Origin: Macrostomum lignano
Lineage: Eukaryota
Assembly (NCBI GenBank): GCA_002269645.1
Contig: NIVC01002211.1
Span: 1 to 64,000 of the forward strand
Direction: 5' to 3'
Length of the DNA: 64,000 bases
The notes beneath the pieces were generated by a model. That model saw only the letters and a program-made list of their open reading frames with translations, made no database searches and was not told the DNA's origin. Shown in pieces: positions 51,806 through 63,553 of this stretch (its first letter is position 1; every line of letters starts with the position of its first letter). Made by a program: the position numbers and the translations under genes.

Positions 51806-54800
51806 ATGCTTCTGTGCCAGTTGTGGAACGAAAACAAACAAAAGGCCGACTCAAAATTGGCGGACGACAATGTCGGACTGACGACCGCGCTGGTCACGTG
51901 CCGGCCAGCGGCCAAGACTGAGTCGCAGCGACTGATGGAGCATCGGCGACGACAGCTGATTCTGCCGCAGCTGCAGCCTTCGATTCAGCTGAATCCGAGC
52001 CTGCCCAGACACGAGAGAATTCTCGATGAGTTCCGGATGATTTTGAGACCGGGTGAGGGCGATTCTCAAGGAGCTTGGTGGGAGATTCTCAGTGGGGTGT
52101 GTGGGCGATTCTCCAGTGGGGTTGGTGGGCGATTCTCAGTGGGTTTGGTAGGCGATTCTCAGTGGGGTTGGTGGGCGATTCTCAGTGGGTTTGGTAGGCG
52201 ATTCTCAGAGGGGTTGGTGGGCGACTTTCAGTTGGGTTGGTGGGCGTTTCTCAATCGATTCTCAAGAGGGTTCATGTGTTCTGCGACTTTTTGGGTGCTA
52301 CACGTAGGTTTGTGAGTTCAGGCACAAGGGGGTGATTCTCTGAAATCAAATTCATGGGGATTTTGAAAACATTTCTTTGCCAGACCGCGACGACCAGACA
52401 TACGTAGGCCGAGTTCTACTAGCAGTTCGATTTCATCGAGCTCAGAAGCTGCTCAAACTACTGGTTATCCGAGCGGAGCTGTCCTCCCCGAATCTCGACT
52501 GTCCGCAGGCCAGCGTCGCCGACAGCAGCCTGGTTTGTCAGGTCACGGTGCCGGGCTGCAAGGGCTTCGTTGCTATGCGATCGCATGCCGAGCTGGGGAC
52601 GTTGGCGCCTCGCTGGCAGGCAGAGTTTCACCTCAAGAATGTCACTCGAGTAAGTGCGGGGCTTAGCTGCCATCGATACAGCAGCCCATGTTAATTGCCG
52701 GTTTGAGGCTCTCAACTTAGAAGATTCGATACAGCAACCCATGTTAATTGCCGGTTTGAGGCTCTCAACTTAGAAGATTCGATACAGCAACCCATGTTAA
52801 TTGCCGGTTTGAGGCTCTTAACCTAGAATTCGATATTAGAAACCCATGTTAGTTGCCGGTTTGAGGCTCTCAAGCTAGAATCCGATACAGCAACCCATGT
52901 TAGTTGCCGACTTGAGGCTCTCAAGCTAGAATCCGATACAGCAACCCAGTGTTAGTAGCCGGTTTTAGGCTCTCAATCCAGAATACGATACAGCAACTCA
53001 TATCTTAGTTTCCGGTTTTAGGCTCTCAATCTATTGGAATCCGATACAGTGACCCAACTAAGTTGTCAATTTTAGGCTTCAAGCTAATGCAAAATCAAGC
53101 AAGCATATCCATGGTTGTTAATGACGTAGAGCTTTTAAGTTATTGGATCTGGTTTGCAATTTGTGGCTCTCATGCCAATACCAGTTACATGGATACCCAA
53201 CCAAATGTCTCCAATTTCCTATCTTTGCAGTCCATGCTCGAGCAGCGAGTGGCGGCCAGACTGGAGGTGCACAACGGAGCTGATCCCGTTGGCGACGCCA
53301 ACCTGTCGCTGGCCCGGTACCAGCGAGACGAGCTGGAGCATGGAATTCTGCTGTGGCGCAACCTTCTCTGGTTCTGCCGGGACTGCGACGCCATCGCTGA
53401 GCCGTGGGGCACCGTGCGAATCTCCGGCCAGGTTTTATCGGAGACACCGCGACAGGTTCAGTTGACTCTGCATTCGTCCGAGATCTTCCGGCCGCCGTCC
53501 GGGCCAGAGCAGCTTAACAATCGGACGTTTCGAGCTAGAGTCTCGGTGCTCGACGGGCCCAAGTTGCTGGCCGAGGCATACGCCGAGAGGAGAGCAGCTC
53601 AGATGATTGTGGACTGGGACGTACTGCAGGTAAGACTGTTGGGCCGTAGCCCAGTGGTCTGGCGCGGCGCTCCGATGTGCCAGAGGCCCAGGCTCGATTC
53701 CAAATGCAGTCACATTAATTTTGGGGCTAAATTGGAATCTCGGCTTGGCTCTGCTCGTGCAATTAACGCCTTTGATTGCCAACCCCCAAGGCACAGTGAA
53801 GAGTACATGCCTAACGATAAATAAAGTTAGGGCCGCTGTACACTCCTGCGTAAGTGTTCCGGAGCGCATGACTGCGTACGTGCCCGAGTGTGCCTGCTCA
53901 GGGGAGTCGGCGGAATGGGCAGCAATGCCTCTCGCCGGTTGTGTGACATGTCGCCTAAAGTGCGCCAGGGTGCACACAACCCCTGCCTCAAATAAACTGT
54001 ATAGGCACTGCGAGAGGGGATTCGATGACTAAGTTTGCTGTAAGAGGTCTTGACATTGGTTTTTTATGCAATTCGGATGTCTAAATGAAATAGACAGATC
54101 TCTAGATGAACTGATATGCCTCTGGATAAACCGGATTTAGGTAAACCGATGGATCTCGATATGAATCTTTAGATCTCCGAAACCAGCATCAGCAGATATC
54201 CATAGATCAGACTCGGCAGATCACTACAGAGCAAAATAGGCAGATCTCGATAGATCAGAATCGATGGATCAGAATCAGCAGATCTCTATAGATCAGAATC
54301 AGCAGATCTCGATAGATCAGAATCGATTAATCAGAATCAGATCTCAATAGATCAGAATCGATGGATCAGAATCAGCAGATCTCGATAGATCAGAATCGAT
54401 GAATCAGAATCAGATCTCAATAGATCAGAATCGATGGATCAGAATCAGCAGATCTCTATAGATCAGAATTAGCAGATCTCTATAGATTAGAATCAGCAGA
54501 TCTCTATAGATCAGAATCAGCAGATCTCTATAGATATTCGTTATAGATCTGAGATAGATATATAGATCCCTATAGATCAGAATCTGTAGATCAAAATCGT
54601 CAGATCTCTTAGACCAATCCGTGAACTGCGTTTTCAAACCAGAAAAATTTCCACCGCAATCAACAGGTAACCTTCACTGTTAGGAACGCCGACAACCTAG
54701 CCGTGGTGTACTCCGTCCGCGAGGTGACGTCACCCAAACGGGCCTGGCTCCGACTGGACCGCCGAACGCACCGACCAGACTGTCGAAGATTTTTTGCCAG

Positions 54801-54906
54801 ATTGGCCGGCCACAGCTGCCGGCTGAAGAAGTGCCGCAGTTTCAATTTGAACGCTCCGGCGTCTGCGACAGCGCCGCAAGAGGCGGATGCGGAGACAGAC
54901 GAATAG
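51806..54906 (+). CDS. Divergent tandem C2-domain (synaptotagmin-like) protein, 4 exons, ~383 aa from ATG 51806
   Basis: Exons 51793/51806-52052, 52384-52649, 53231-53629 and 54667-54906 are GT-AG bounded and phase-compatible. C2-like segments: GRVLLAVRF..KLLKLLVIRAEL..PRWQAEFHL and WGTVRIS..QVQLTLHSSE..FRARVSV..WDVLQVTFTV. An upstream exon is possible. Confidence 0.7.
52058..52262. repeat. ~27-bp intronic minisatellite (GGGCGATTCTCAGTGGGGTTGGT-like)
   Basis: Starts directly after the donor at 52053. Confidence 0.85.
52674..53050. repeat. 51-53-bp intronic tandem repeat, ~7 units
   Basis: CGATACAGCAACCCATGTTAATTGCCGGTTTGAGGCTCTCAA.. at 52674, 52727 and onward; starts ~24 bp after the donor. 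Confidence 0.92.
53720..53975 (+). mobile_element. Dispersed short repeat, copy D (intronic)
   Basis: Aligns over ~230 bp with 58045-58245, sharing GGCTAAATTGGAATCTCGGCTTGG, GTACATGCCTAACGATAAATAAAGTTAGGGCCGCTGTACACTCCTG and GCTCAGGGGAGTCGG.GGAATGGGCAGCAATGCCTC. Confidence 0.8.
54200..54605. repeat. ~24-bp intronic minisatellite (GATCAGAATCAGCAGATCTCTATA)
   Basis: Degenerate tandem units ending ~60 bp before the acceptor at 54666. Confidence 0.88.
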
Positions 54907-55094
54907 CTCCGGCTAACACGCATCCGGGAGGCTAATCTCTGACCGGAATGTTAAGCTTACACGATAAAGAGTCGCTTGATTAACAATGTCTTATTGACCG
55001 CGCCAGCCTTGCTGAATATCCGTGCTTCTGTTCTGTGTCCATTCGATGTTTTCGATCATTTTGATTGAGATAGTGTATGGGAAGTTGGTTCAGA

Positions 55095-55330
55095 GCCTAA
55101 GGATCTGGCAGGGGGTCTAGCAGCTGAGGATCTGGAAGACTGGCCCAGCAGCTGTGGATCTGGCAGGCTGGCCCAGCAACTGACACTCTGGGAGGCTGGC
55201 CCAGCAACTGAGGATCTGGTAGGCTGGCTTAGCAACTGGGGATCTGGGAGGCTGGCACAGCAACTGAGGATCTGGGAGGCTGGCCCAGCAACTGGGGATC
55301 TGGGAGGCAGGCAAAGCAACTGGGGATTTG
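55095..55330 (-). repeat. 28-bp minisatellite, same family as MITF intron 3, inverted
   Basis: AGGCTGGCCCAGCAACTGAGGATCTGGG is the reverse complement of the 42205-42905 unit. Confidence 0.9.
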
Positions 55331-55609
55331 AGAGGCTTGCGGCGGCGGTGACCCGTCTTCAGAAAAGACAGAAATAAGACAGAAAGTTTATTTTCTGAAA
55401 ACATATTTTAGCGAACATAGCAGCCAAAGAGAATTAAAAGACAATGTCGGCAATGAACAAATTATGACGGCTTGTATTGAAATATTTCACAATTTTTATT
55501 AAAATGAAATTGCATCAAACTTTAAACTTGACAAACAGTGCCAACTTGCATACTGTACTACTCAGCTTAAGATCAGTAGACAGTAGCGAATAGCGCCGTA
55601 AAAAAGCGG

Positions 55610-56778
55610 TTATTTCTTGCCCAACTGATTGCTCGGCTTGACCTCGTCGCCGCACTTGTGCAGATAAATTTTCGGCTTCCTATTAATGTCGTTACCCTCG
55701 TAGCCCCTGGACCAATCGTAGCCAATCGCGTACGTGAAAGCGGATCCGCTCGGATCGAAATTGCAGCACGTGACCGGCTGGGTTAGCTGTTCGGAATTCT
55801 TTAGCTTAGTCCTGGCGTCCTTGTCCCAGAACACGTAGCGCCCGTCGCCTCCCACCGTGGCCAGGGTGCCGTGCTGCGGATGGAACACCAGGTCGTGTAC
55901 GGCGTAGATTTCTTGGAAATTCGAGGCCCCAGCCTGTCGGTGACATTTGAAGGTGAAATTGTCTCTAGGCTGAGTAGGCTCAAAGTATTGAATGCCAACG
56001 CGGCCCTCGATGCTGCCGATGGCGAATCCAGTGGGTCTGGCGCGGTTAATCTTGTCCATGAACACGCGCACGCAGCGGGTTTGAAAGTTTAACGGCGACT
56101 GCAGCTGCTTCACTTGGGTGGGCGTGCCCTCCAGGCTGTACACCATCACCTGCGGATGTGGCGGGGCTGGCAGATTGCTTGGCTGTCTCTATGGCAGAGA
56201 TTATACATCTCGTACCTTCCTATGAGAGAGACAGAGAGAGACAGGCACCTTGTTCTACTCTCTCTGGGACAGGCAGTCTGTCTTACTCTCTCTCTCTCTC
56301 TGGGACAGGCAGCCTGTCCTACTCTCTCTCTTTCTCTCTGGGACAGGCAGCCTGTCCTACTCTCTCTCTTTCTCTGGGACAGGCAGCCTGTCCTATTCTC
56401 TCTCTCTTTCTCTGGGACAGGCAGCCTGTCCTACTCTCTCTCTCTCTCTGGGACAAGCAGCCTGTCCTACTCTCTCTCTCTCTCTCTCTCTGGGACAGGC
56501 AGTCTGTCCTACTCTCTCTCTTTCTCTCTGGGACAGGCAGCCTGTCCTACTCTCTCTCTCTCTCTCTCTGGGACAAGCAGCCTGTCCTACTCTCTCTCTC
56601 TTTCTCTGGGACAGGCAGCCTGTCCTATTCTCTCTCTCTTTCTCTGGGACAGGCAGCCTGTCCTACTCTCTCTCTCTCTCTCTGGGACAAGCAGCCTGTC
56701 CTACTCTCTCTCTCTCTCTCTCTGGGACAGGCAGTCTGTCCTACTCTCTCTCTTTCTCTCTGGGACAGGCAGCCTGTC

Positions 56779-56809
<31 letters not shown>

Positions 56810-58006
56810 GGGACAGGCAGTCTGTCTTACTCTCTCTCTCTCTCTGGGACAGGCAGCCTGTCCTACTCTCTCTCTTTCTCTCTGGGACAGGCAGCCTGTC
56901 CTACTCTCTCTCTTTCTCTGGGACAGGCAGCCTGTCCTATTCTCTCTCTCTTTCTCTGGGACAGGCAGCCTGTCCTACTCTCTCTCTCTCTCTGGGACAA
57001 GCAGCCTGTCCTACTCTCTCTCTCTCTCTCTCTGGGACAGGCAGTCTGTCCTACTCTCTCTCTTTCTCTCTGGGACAGGCAGCCTGTCCTACTCTCTCTC
57101 TCTCTCTCTCTCTGGGACAAGCAGCCTGTCCTACTCTCACTCTCTTTCTCTGGGACAGGCAGCCTGTCCTATTCTCTCTCTCTTTCTCTGGGACAGGCAG
57201 CCTGTCCTACTCTCTCTCTCTCTCTGGGACAAGCAGCCTGTCCTACTCTCTCTCTCTGGGACAGGCAGTCTGTCCTACTCTCTCTCTCTCTGGGACAGGC
57301 AGCCTGTCCTACTCTCTCTCTCTCTGGGACAGGCAGCCTGTCACACCCTCTGCCCCCAGCCAGGCTTACGTGTCTGTTGGCGGTGCAGACAACGGCCACG
57401 GGGTAGACAATGTCAGCGCAGTACACTCGCTCCGGCAGCGAAAAGCTCAACATAGGATTAGGCGAACGAAGATCCCAAAATTTTATAGTTTTATCCCAGC
57501 TACCAGTTACTAAGCAGGTATACTGCGGACTAGTAACCAGTTTGCAGAATTTCACCGGCTGATCGTGCTGCGCCACCTGGTTGTAGGAATTCGACTGCAG
57601 GTCCCACATCCAAGCGAATTTGTCAGCTGCTGCGGTGAACACCTGAAATTACATGGATTTCATTCAGCATAATTTGGCTCTTGGCATTTCAACTGAGATC
57701 TAAGCTTGTACAATTCACGTCACCAACTCTCACCTTGGTGCCATCGGGACTCCAGCAGCCGTCGAACAGCGGTCCCTGATTAGCTTGCGACGCCTTCAAC
57801 TGGCTCTGCCCTGTGCCAGCAATCTCGTAGCAGCGAACCTGACCGTCCCAGGAGGTTGACAGCAAATAACTGGCCCCCGACGCCGGAGTAAAATGCAAAC
57901 TTGTCACCGTATCATCCGGGGGATTAACCACCTCAATATCCTGATTGTCTTGAACAGTTGGCGTCCCGAAGGCGCTGATTGGTCTGGCAGCGGTTGTGCC
58001 AAACAT
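55610..58006 (-). CDS. RAE1: mRNA export factor Rae1/Gle2 (WD40), 3 exons, 361 aa
   Basis: Exons 58006-57734, 57642-57370 and 56149-55610, all phase 0. Motifs [85 protein letters not shown] and YDWSRG closely match RAE1. Confidence 0.97.
56262..57345. repeat. Intronic minisatellite: CTGGGACAGGCAGCCTGTCCTA plus variable (CT)n
   Basis: Fills Rae1 intron 2; unit length varies with the CT tract. Confidence 0.95.
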
Positions 58007-58044
58007 TGCTGAGAAATTGAGTAGAAATTGATTGAGATTTAATT

Positions 58045-58245
58045 TGAGGCTAAATTGGAATCTCGGCTTGGGTCTGCTGTTGTTTGGCACAAGTGTACAT
58101 GCCTAACGATAAATAAAGTTAGGGCCGCTGTACACTCCTGTATGTGTGCTTGTGCCTGACTGCATACATATCCATGCGCTTGTGTACTTGCTCAGGGGAG
58201 TCGGTGGAATGGGCAGCAATGCCTCTTGCCAGTTGAGCACACAGC
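58045..58245 (+). mobile_element. Dispersed short repeat, copy E, immediately upstream of Rae1
   Basis: Aligns with copy D at 53720-53975. Confidence 0.8.
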
Positions 58246-58654
58246 CCCCCCTACCATTGACTACTTTTTATAAATGGTGAAATATATATTGATCTTTAAA
58301 TCATAAATGCCTCGCCAGCTAATTAGTGCTAAATACCTAAACAGGTGCAACAGAAGCCATCCTCATAAATACAAAGATTTTAAATTATCTAACTATCTAA
58401 ATTATTAGTTTTTGTCTTATATATGAATGCTAGAAACCAACTAAAAATAATTTTGATCTATTACTATTATTTAGCATCCTTTTATAGTTTGTTGAGCTAA
58501 AACTCAATTAAATTTTACCTAGATATAGAAAATTACTAGCAATCTTCGCCCCCCGATGGGGGACATCTGGATAGAATCCTTGTTCTTTATAAAAAACAAA
58601 TAGACAGCGAAACAAAGCCTTCATAAAAAACTAAAGACAATCCCTCTAAAAACA

Positions 58655-59065
58655 AAACATCCCAAGACAGCAAGCATCCTCAGACAGCATTCAAGCATCG
58701 ATCCCCAAATAGCAAGCATCCCCCAGAGAGCAAGCATCCCCTGATAGCAAGCAACCCTCGATAGCAAGCAACCCCAGATAGCAAGCATCCCCCCGATAGC
58801 AAGCATCCCCCAGATAGCAAGCATCCCCCAGACCGCAAGAAACCCCAGATAGCAAGCAGAACCTGGATACAAAGATACCTTATAGATATCTAGCAACCCC
58901 CTCTCAGATAGCAAGTACCCTCCACCACCCCCCCCCCAAGAGCAAGCATCTCCCAATAGCAAGTTACCCCAGTAGCAAGCATCCTTCCGATAGCAAGCAT
59001 CCCCCTGATAGCAAGCATCCACTGATAGCAAGCATCCATCCTTAAATAGCAAGCATCCACCAGAG
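58655..59065. repeat. ~17-19-bp degenerate minisatellite (GATAGCAAGCATCCCCCA)
   Basis: Tandem units visible. Confidence 0.85.
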
Positions 59066-59139
59066 AACAAGTAGATAGTGCAACAATATCCTTAGCTTTA
59101 TAGTGGCTCCATTTTGTTTGGCATGACACTTCTTTTTAT

Positions 59140-61230
59140 GTTTGAAACGGTGTCTCTTTTATGTTTGAAATGGTGGCTCATAAATGTTTGACATGGTGGC
59201 TTTTTTGTGTTCGACAAGATGGCTCTTTAATGTTTGACATGGAGTCACATATATGTTTCACATGGTGGCTCTTTTATGTTCGACATGGTGGCTCTTTTAT
59301 GTCTGACATGATGGCTCTTTTATGTCTTACATGATGGCTCTTTAATGTTCGACATGGTGGCTCTTTAATGTTTTACATGGTGGCTCTTCTATGTTTGATA
59401 TGGTGTCTCTTCTATGTTTGACATGGTAGCTTTTTTGTGTTTGACATGATGGCTTTTTAATTTTCGACATAAGTCACATATATGTTTGACATGGTGGCTC
59501 TTTAATGTTCAACATAGTGGCTCTTTTATGTTTGACATGGAGTCACGTATATGTTTGACATGGTGGCTCTTTAATGTTTAACATGGTGGCTCTTTTATGT
59601 TTGACATGGAGTCACATATATGTTTGACATGGTGGCTCTTTTATGTTCGACATGGTGGCCATTTAATGTTTGACATGGTGGCTCTTTTATGTTCGACATG
59701 GTGGCCATTTAATGTTTGACATGGTGGCTCTTTAATGTTTGACATGGTGGCTCTTAAATGTTTGACATGGAGTCACATATATGTTGGACATGGTGGCTCC
59801 CTTATGTGTGGCATGGTGGCTCTTTAATGTTTGACATTATGGCTCTTTTAGGTTTAACATGGTGGCTCTTTTAGGTTTAACATGGTGGCTCTTAAATGTT
59901 TGACATAAAGTCACTTATATGGTACACATGGTGGCTCTTTTATATTCTAAATTTTGGCTCTTAAATTTTCGACATGGTGGCTCTTTTAGGTTTGACATGG
60001 TGGCTCTTTTATGCTTGATATGGTGGCTTTTTATTGTTTAACATGGTGAGTTTTAATGTTTGACATGGTGGCTCTTTAATGTTTGACATGGTGGTCTTTA
60101 ATATTCGACATGGTGGCTCTTTAATGTTCGACATGGTGGCTCTTTAATGTTCGACATGGTGGCTCTTTAATGTTTGACATGGTGGCTCTTTAATGTTTGA
60201 CATGGTGGCTCTGTTTGACATGGTGGCTCTTTAATGTTTGACATGGTAGCTCTGTTATGTTCGAAATGGTGGCTCTTTAACATTTGACATAAAGTCACAT
60301 AAATGTTTGACATGTTGGCTCTTTTATGTTTGACATGGTGGCTCTTTTTTGTTCAAAATGGTGGCTCTTTTTTGTTCTACATGGTAACTCTTTTATATTT
60401 AATACGGTGGATTTTTTAATGTCTGACATGTTGGCTCTTTTATGTTTGACATGGTGGCTCTTTAATGTTTGACAAAGTGGCTCCTAAATGTTTGACATAG
60501 TGGCTCTTGCTCTTTAATATTTGACAATGTGGCTTTTGAATGTTTGACATGGTGGCTCTTTAATGTTTTACATGGTGGCTCTTTTATGTTTAACATGGTA
60601 GCTCTTTAATATTTTACATGGCGGCTCTTTTATGTTCAACATGGTGGCTCTTTAATATTGTTCATGTTATAGCTCTTTCATGTTTGACATGGTGGCTCTT
60701 TAATGTTCGAAATGGTGGCTCTTTAATGTTTGAAATGGTGGCTCTTTAATGTTTGAAATGGTGGCTCTTTAATGTTTGACACAAAGTCACATATATGTTT
60801 GACATGGTGGCTCTTAAATGTTTGACATGGTGGCTCTTTATGTTTGACATGTTAGCTCTTTTATGTTTGACATGTTAGCTCTTTTATGTTTGACATGTTA
60901 GCTCCTTTATGGTCGACATGGTGGCTCTTTAATGTTCGAAATGGTGGCTCTTTAATGTTCGAAATAGTGGCTCTTTTATGTTGGACCTGGTGGCTCTTTA
61001 ATGTTCGAAATGGTGGCTGTTTAATGTTCGAAATGGTGGCTCTTTTATGTTTGACATAAAGTCACTTATATGTTTTACATGGTGCCTCTTAAATATGAGA
61101 GGTGGTATTAGACATGGTGGCTCGTTTAGGTTTGACATGGTGGCTCTTTTATGTTTGACATGGTAACTCTTTTATGTTCGATATGTTGGCTCTTTAATGT
61201 TTGACATGGTGGCTCTTCTGTGTTTGACAT
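59140..61230. repeat. 23-bp satellite (TGTTTGACATGGTGGCTCTTTAA), ~2.1 kb, with recurring GGAGTCACATAT variant
   Basis: Degenerate tandem array directly visible. Confidence 0.95.
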
Positions 61231-63404
61231 TGCGCTTCTTTTATGTTTAGCAGTTTTGTGTTTTTAAGGTGTTTTAATAAAAAAAATCTTTTTTGCACTA
61301 CTAAGATTCGAACCCAGGTTGCTACATTAGCATTCCAGTCTGTTTGCATCAGGACTATCTCTTTTCAATTGGAGAACATGAATTGTGGCCCTTATAATTC
61401 AATTCTTATAGCAAGTCAATTGGAGTAGAAAGTTATGACATAATCAATTTCTTAGTCAGCCAGTATCAGTCTTAATTTAAGTTAGCAATATGGTTACGCA
61501 ATTTAAATCAAGTCGTGTGTGCATTTCTTCGGTACTGTTTTCAACTTGTTGTGATGCAATCTTTATCACAATTGGAATTCAGTCAGTCAGTTTTTTCTCT
61601 AGCATTCTTACAATGCATTTCAGGTCGAAAGAGCTGCTTGACCTTTGCAAAAAAGCATGTTTTTCGAATATTTAATCCCTTTAACATTGAGCAATTTCTT
61701 AGCCAATATGCATGTACCGTGCCAGGAAAATTTCTGATCGAATGGTGCAAGTTTGAAGAAAATTGGTTGAGCCAATTTTTCTGAAATCTATCGCATACCC
61801 ACAGACAACTCATTTTTAGTATATAGGAAATTTTTTTCAACTATTGTTTAATTGTATATGTGCATTGAAATATTAAACTACTTTTTTGTTTTTGCTTTAG
61901 TAAGCTATATATATTAGTGAACAGTGAATATTAGTGACAAGAGGTTATCTAAAGTTTATATACAAATTTTGATTCAATTTTCTTTTAAAATAGTTAAGCA
62001 TAGGAAGATTTGAAAAAGGATAATCAAAAAGCTTTTGATAATGATAGCTAATAATGCCTATCTATTTTTATTAAGGCTAGTATAAAAGTCAACTTGCTTG
62101 AAAGGGCATTTTTGATGGCCAAATTTTGCTATTTCTAGGGTAATGATAAGATATCTAGCCCTTATTATTGCCAAGTTTTAACTTCCTATAGACCTAGACT
62201 TTTACTTCTATATATATGCATATAAAGAAAGCCTGCCAAGTGCCAAGTGTGTAATAGATCTATGTTGCTATTTGTAGGTAATGGAAAGGATTCCAAAAAG
62301 ATTGCTAGACTAGAGCTATAGACTTTTTAGAAGCATCTTAAAAAAGTCATGGAAGCTATTAAAAGATTTACAGAATTAATTGTTGATTTTTAATAAATTG
62401 ATAGAATATTATTAAATAATTTTTTGGTAATTGCAAAAAGGCATTTGGTTACTATTAATAGCACAACTAGAAATTTGTTGAGAGGTGGAATTTGGAAGGT
62501 AAATACCCAAAGCCAAAGGGGGCCAAAGCTAGGATATAGCTCTATATTTTGGCAAAATAGGCCTATGCTTGCTTGCCCCCTTGATTTTTTTCTAGTTTCT
62601 ATCTAAGATGTGACTATCCTCACCCTTTTGCTCTTGGTTGTGGTCTGGTCACTATGCATGAAAAATAAAAGTAGGTAAAAACACTTTAATATATAATATA
62701 TACAGTAGGGTGAATAGGCCTACAACTATAGTTTTGTTCATTAAATTATTTTGATTTAATGCATGTATATACTCATATTTACATATATATTCATACCTCT
62801 TATATTGTGTTATAAATATGAAATTATTACCTAGGCCTAAGTCTTATTTGTCAAAATTTTTGTATTTGTATAGGCCTATAATACAAATGACCATGTCTAG
62901 GTTTATGTGTAGGCCTATGTATAAATTATAATCATATTTGACATAAAAAGAAAATTACATAGCCTAGGCCCTAGGCCTAGGTCATACTTAGTTATTAAGA
63001 ATGAGAAGTAGAAGTAGGCCCCTAAATCAAAGTTTTGGTTGATCTTGGATGGGGATAGTTTATCAACAAAAAGTTTGATTAATCGCTGCGTCTCTATGCT
63101 TTAATCATTTGCTCTGAAACTTTTATCACTTCTTGACGCATGTCTCAGCTTTGCAATGACATCTTAGACACATGATTGCCTTTCGTATTTCCTGAGATAT
63201 TTGCTTCCAAAATGTGTTTGTATTAATCGGATCAGTAGATTATTCACCACCACTTGAGCGCCGGGCCGCGTTAAATTATTTTCAATTTAAAAATCGAGTC
63301 AGTACGTTAAAACAAGTCACTCCAAACAAGTCAATAGTCCGCCTACCTCACTAAACAAAGTATTAATGGAAAAAAACAGAACAAAAAATAACGAAAAACT
63401 TATA

Positions 63405-63553
63405 AGTCGGCAAAGACGGCGCCAGAGGTACTCGTTCAAATAAGCATAAGGCCTCTCGCTGGTGCCGTACATGTTACGGAACTTAGCCTTAACATCCGCC
63501 CAAGCCCCTTCGATGTATTCGTGTGCAGAGTTAGGTTGCCTTGCCACAAACAA
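63405..63553 (-). pseudogene. Merlin/IS1595 (ISXO2-like) DDE transposase C-terminal relic
   Basis: AHEYIEGAWADVKAKFRNMYGTSE..YAYLNEYLWRR matches the recalled Merlin motif HTxxIEGxWxxxKxxxxxxYGxS..YLxEFxWRR. No upstream domain or TIRs seen. Confidence 0.7.

Noticed and set aside
56114-57513. 401-451-aa + strand ORFs
   Set aside because: Antisense translation of the Rae1 intron-2 minisatellite.
57370-58006. Rae1 exons 1 and 2 have identical coding length (273 bp)
   Set aside because: No sequence similarity suggesting exon duplication; treated as coincidence.
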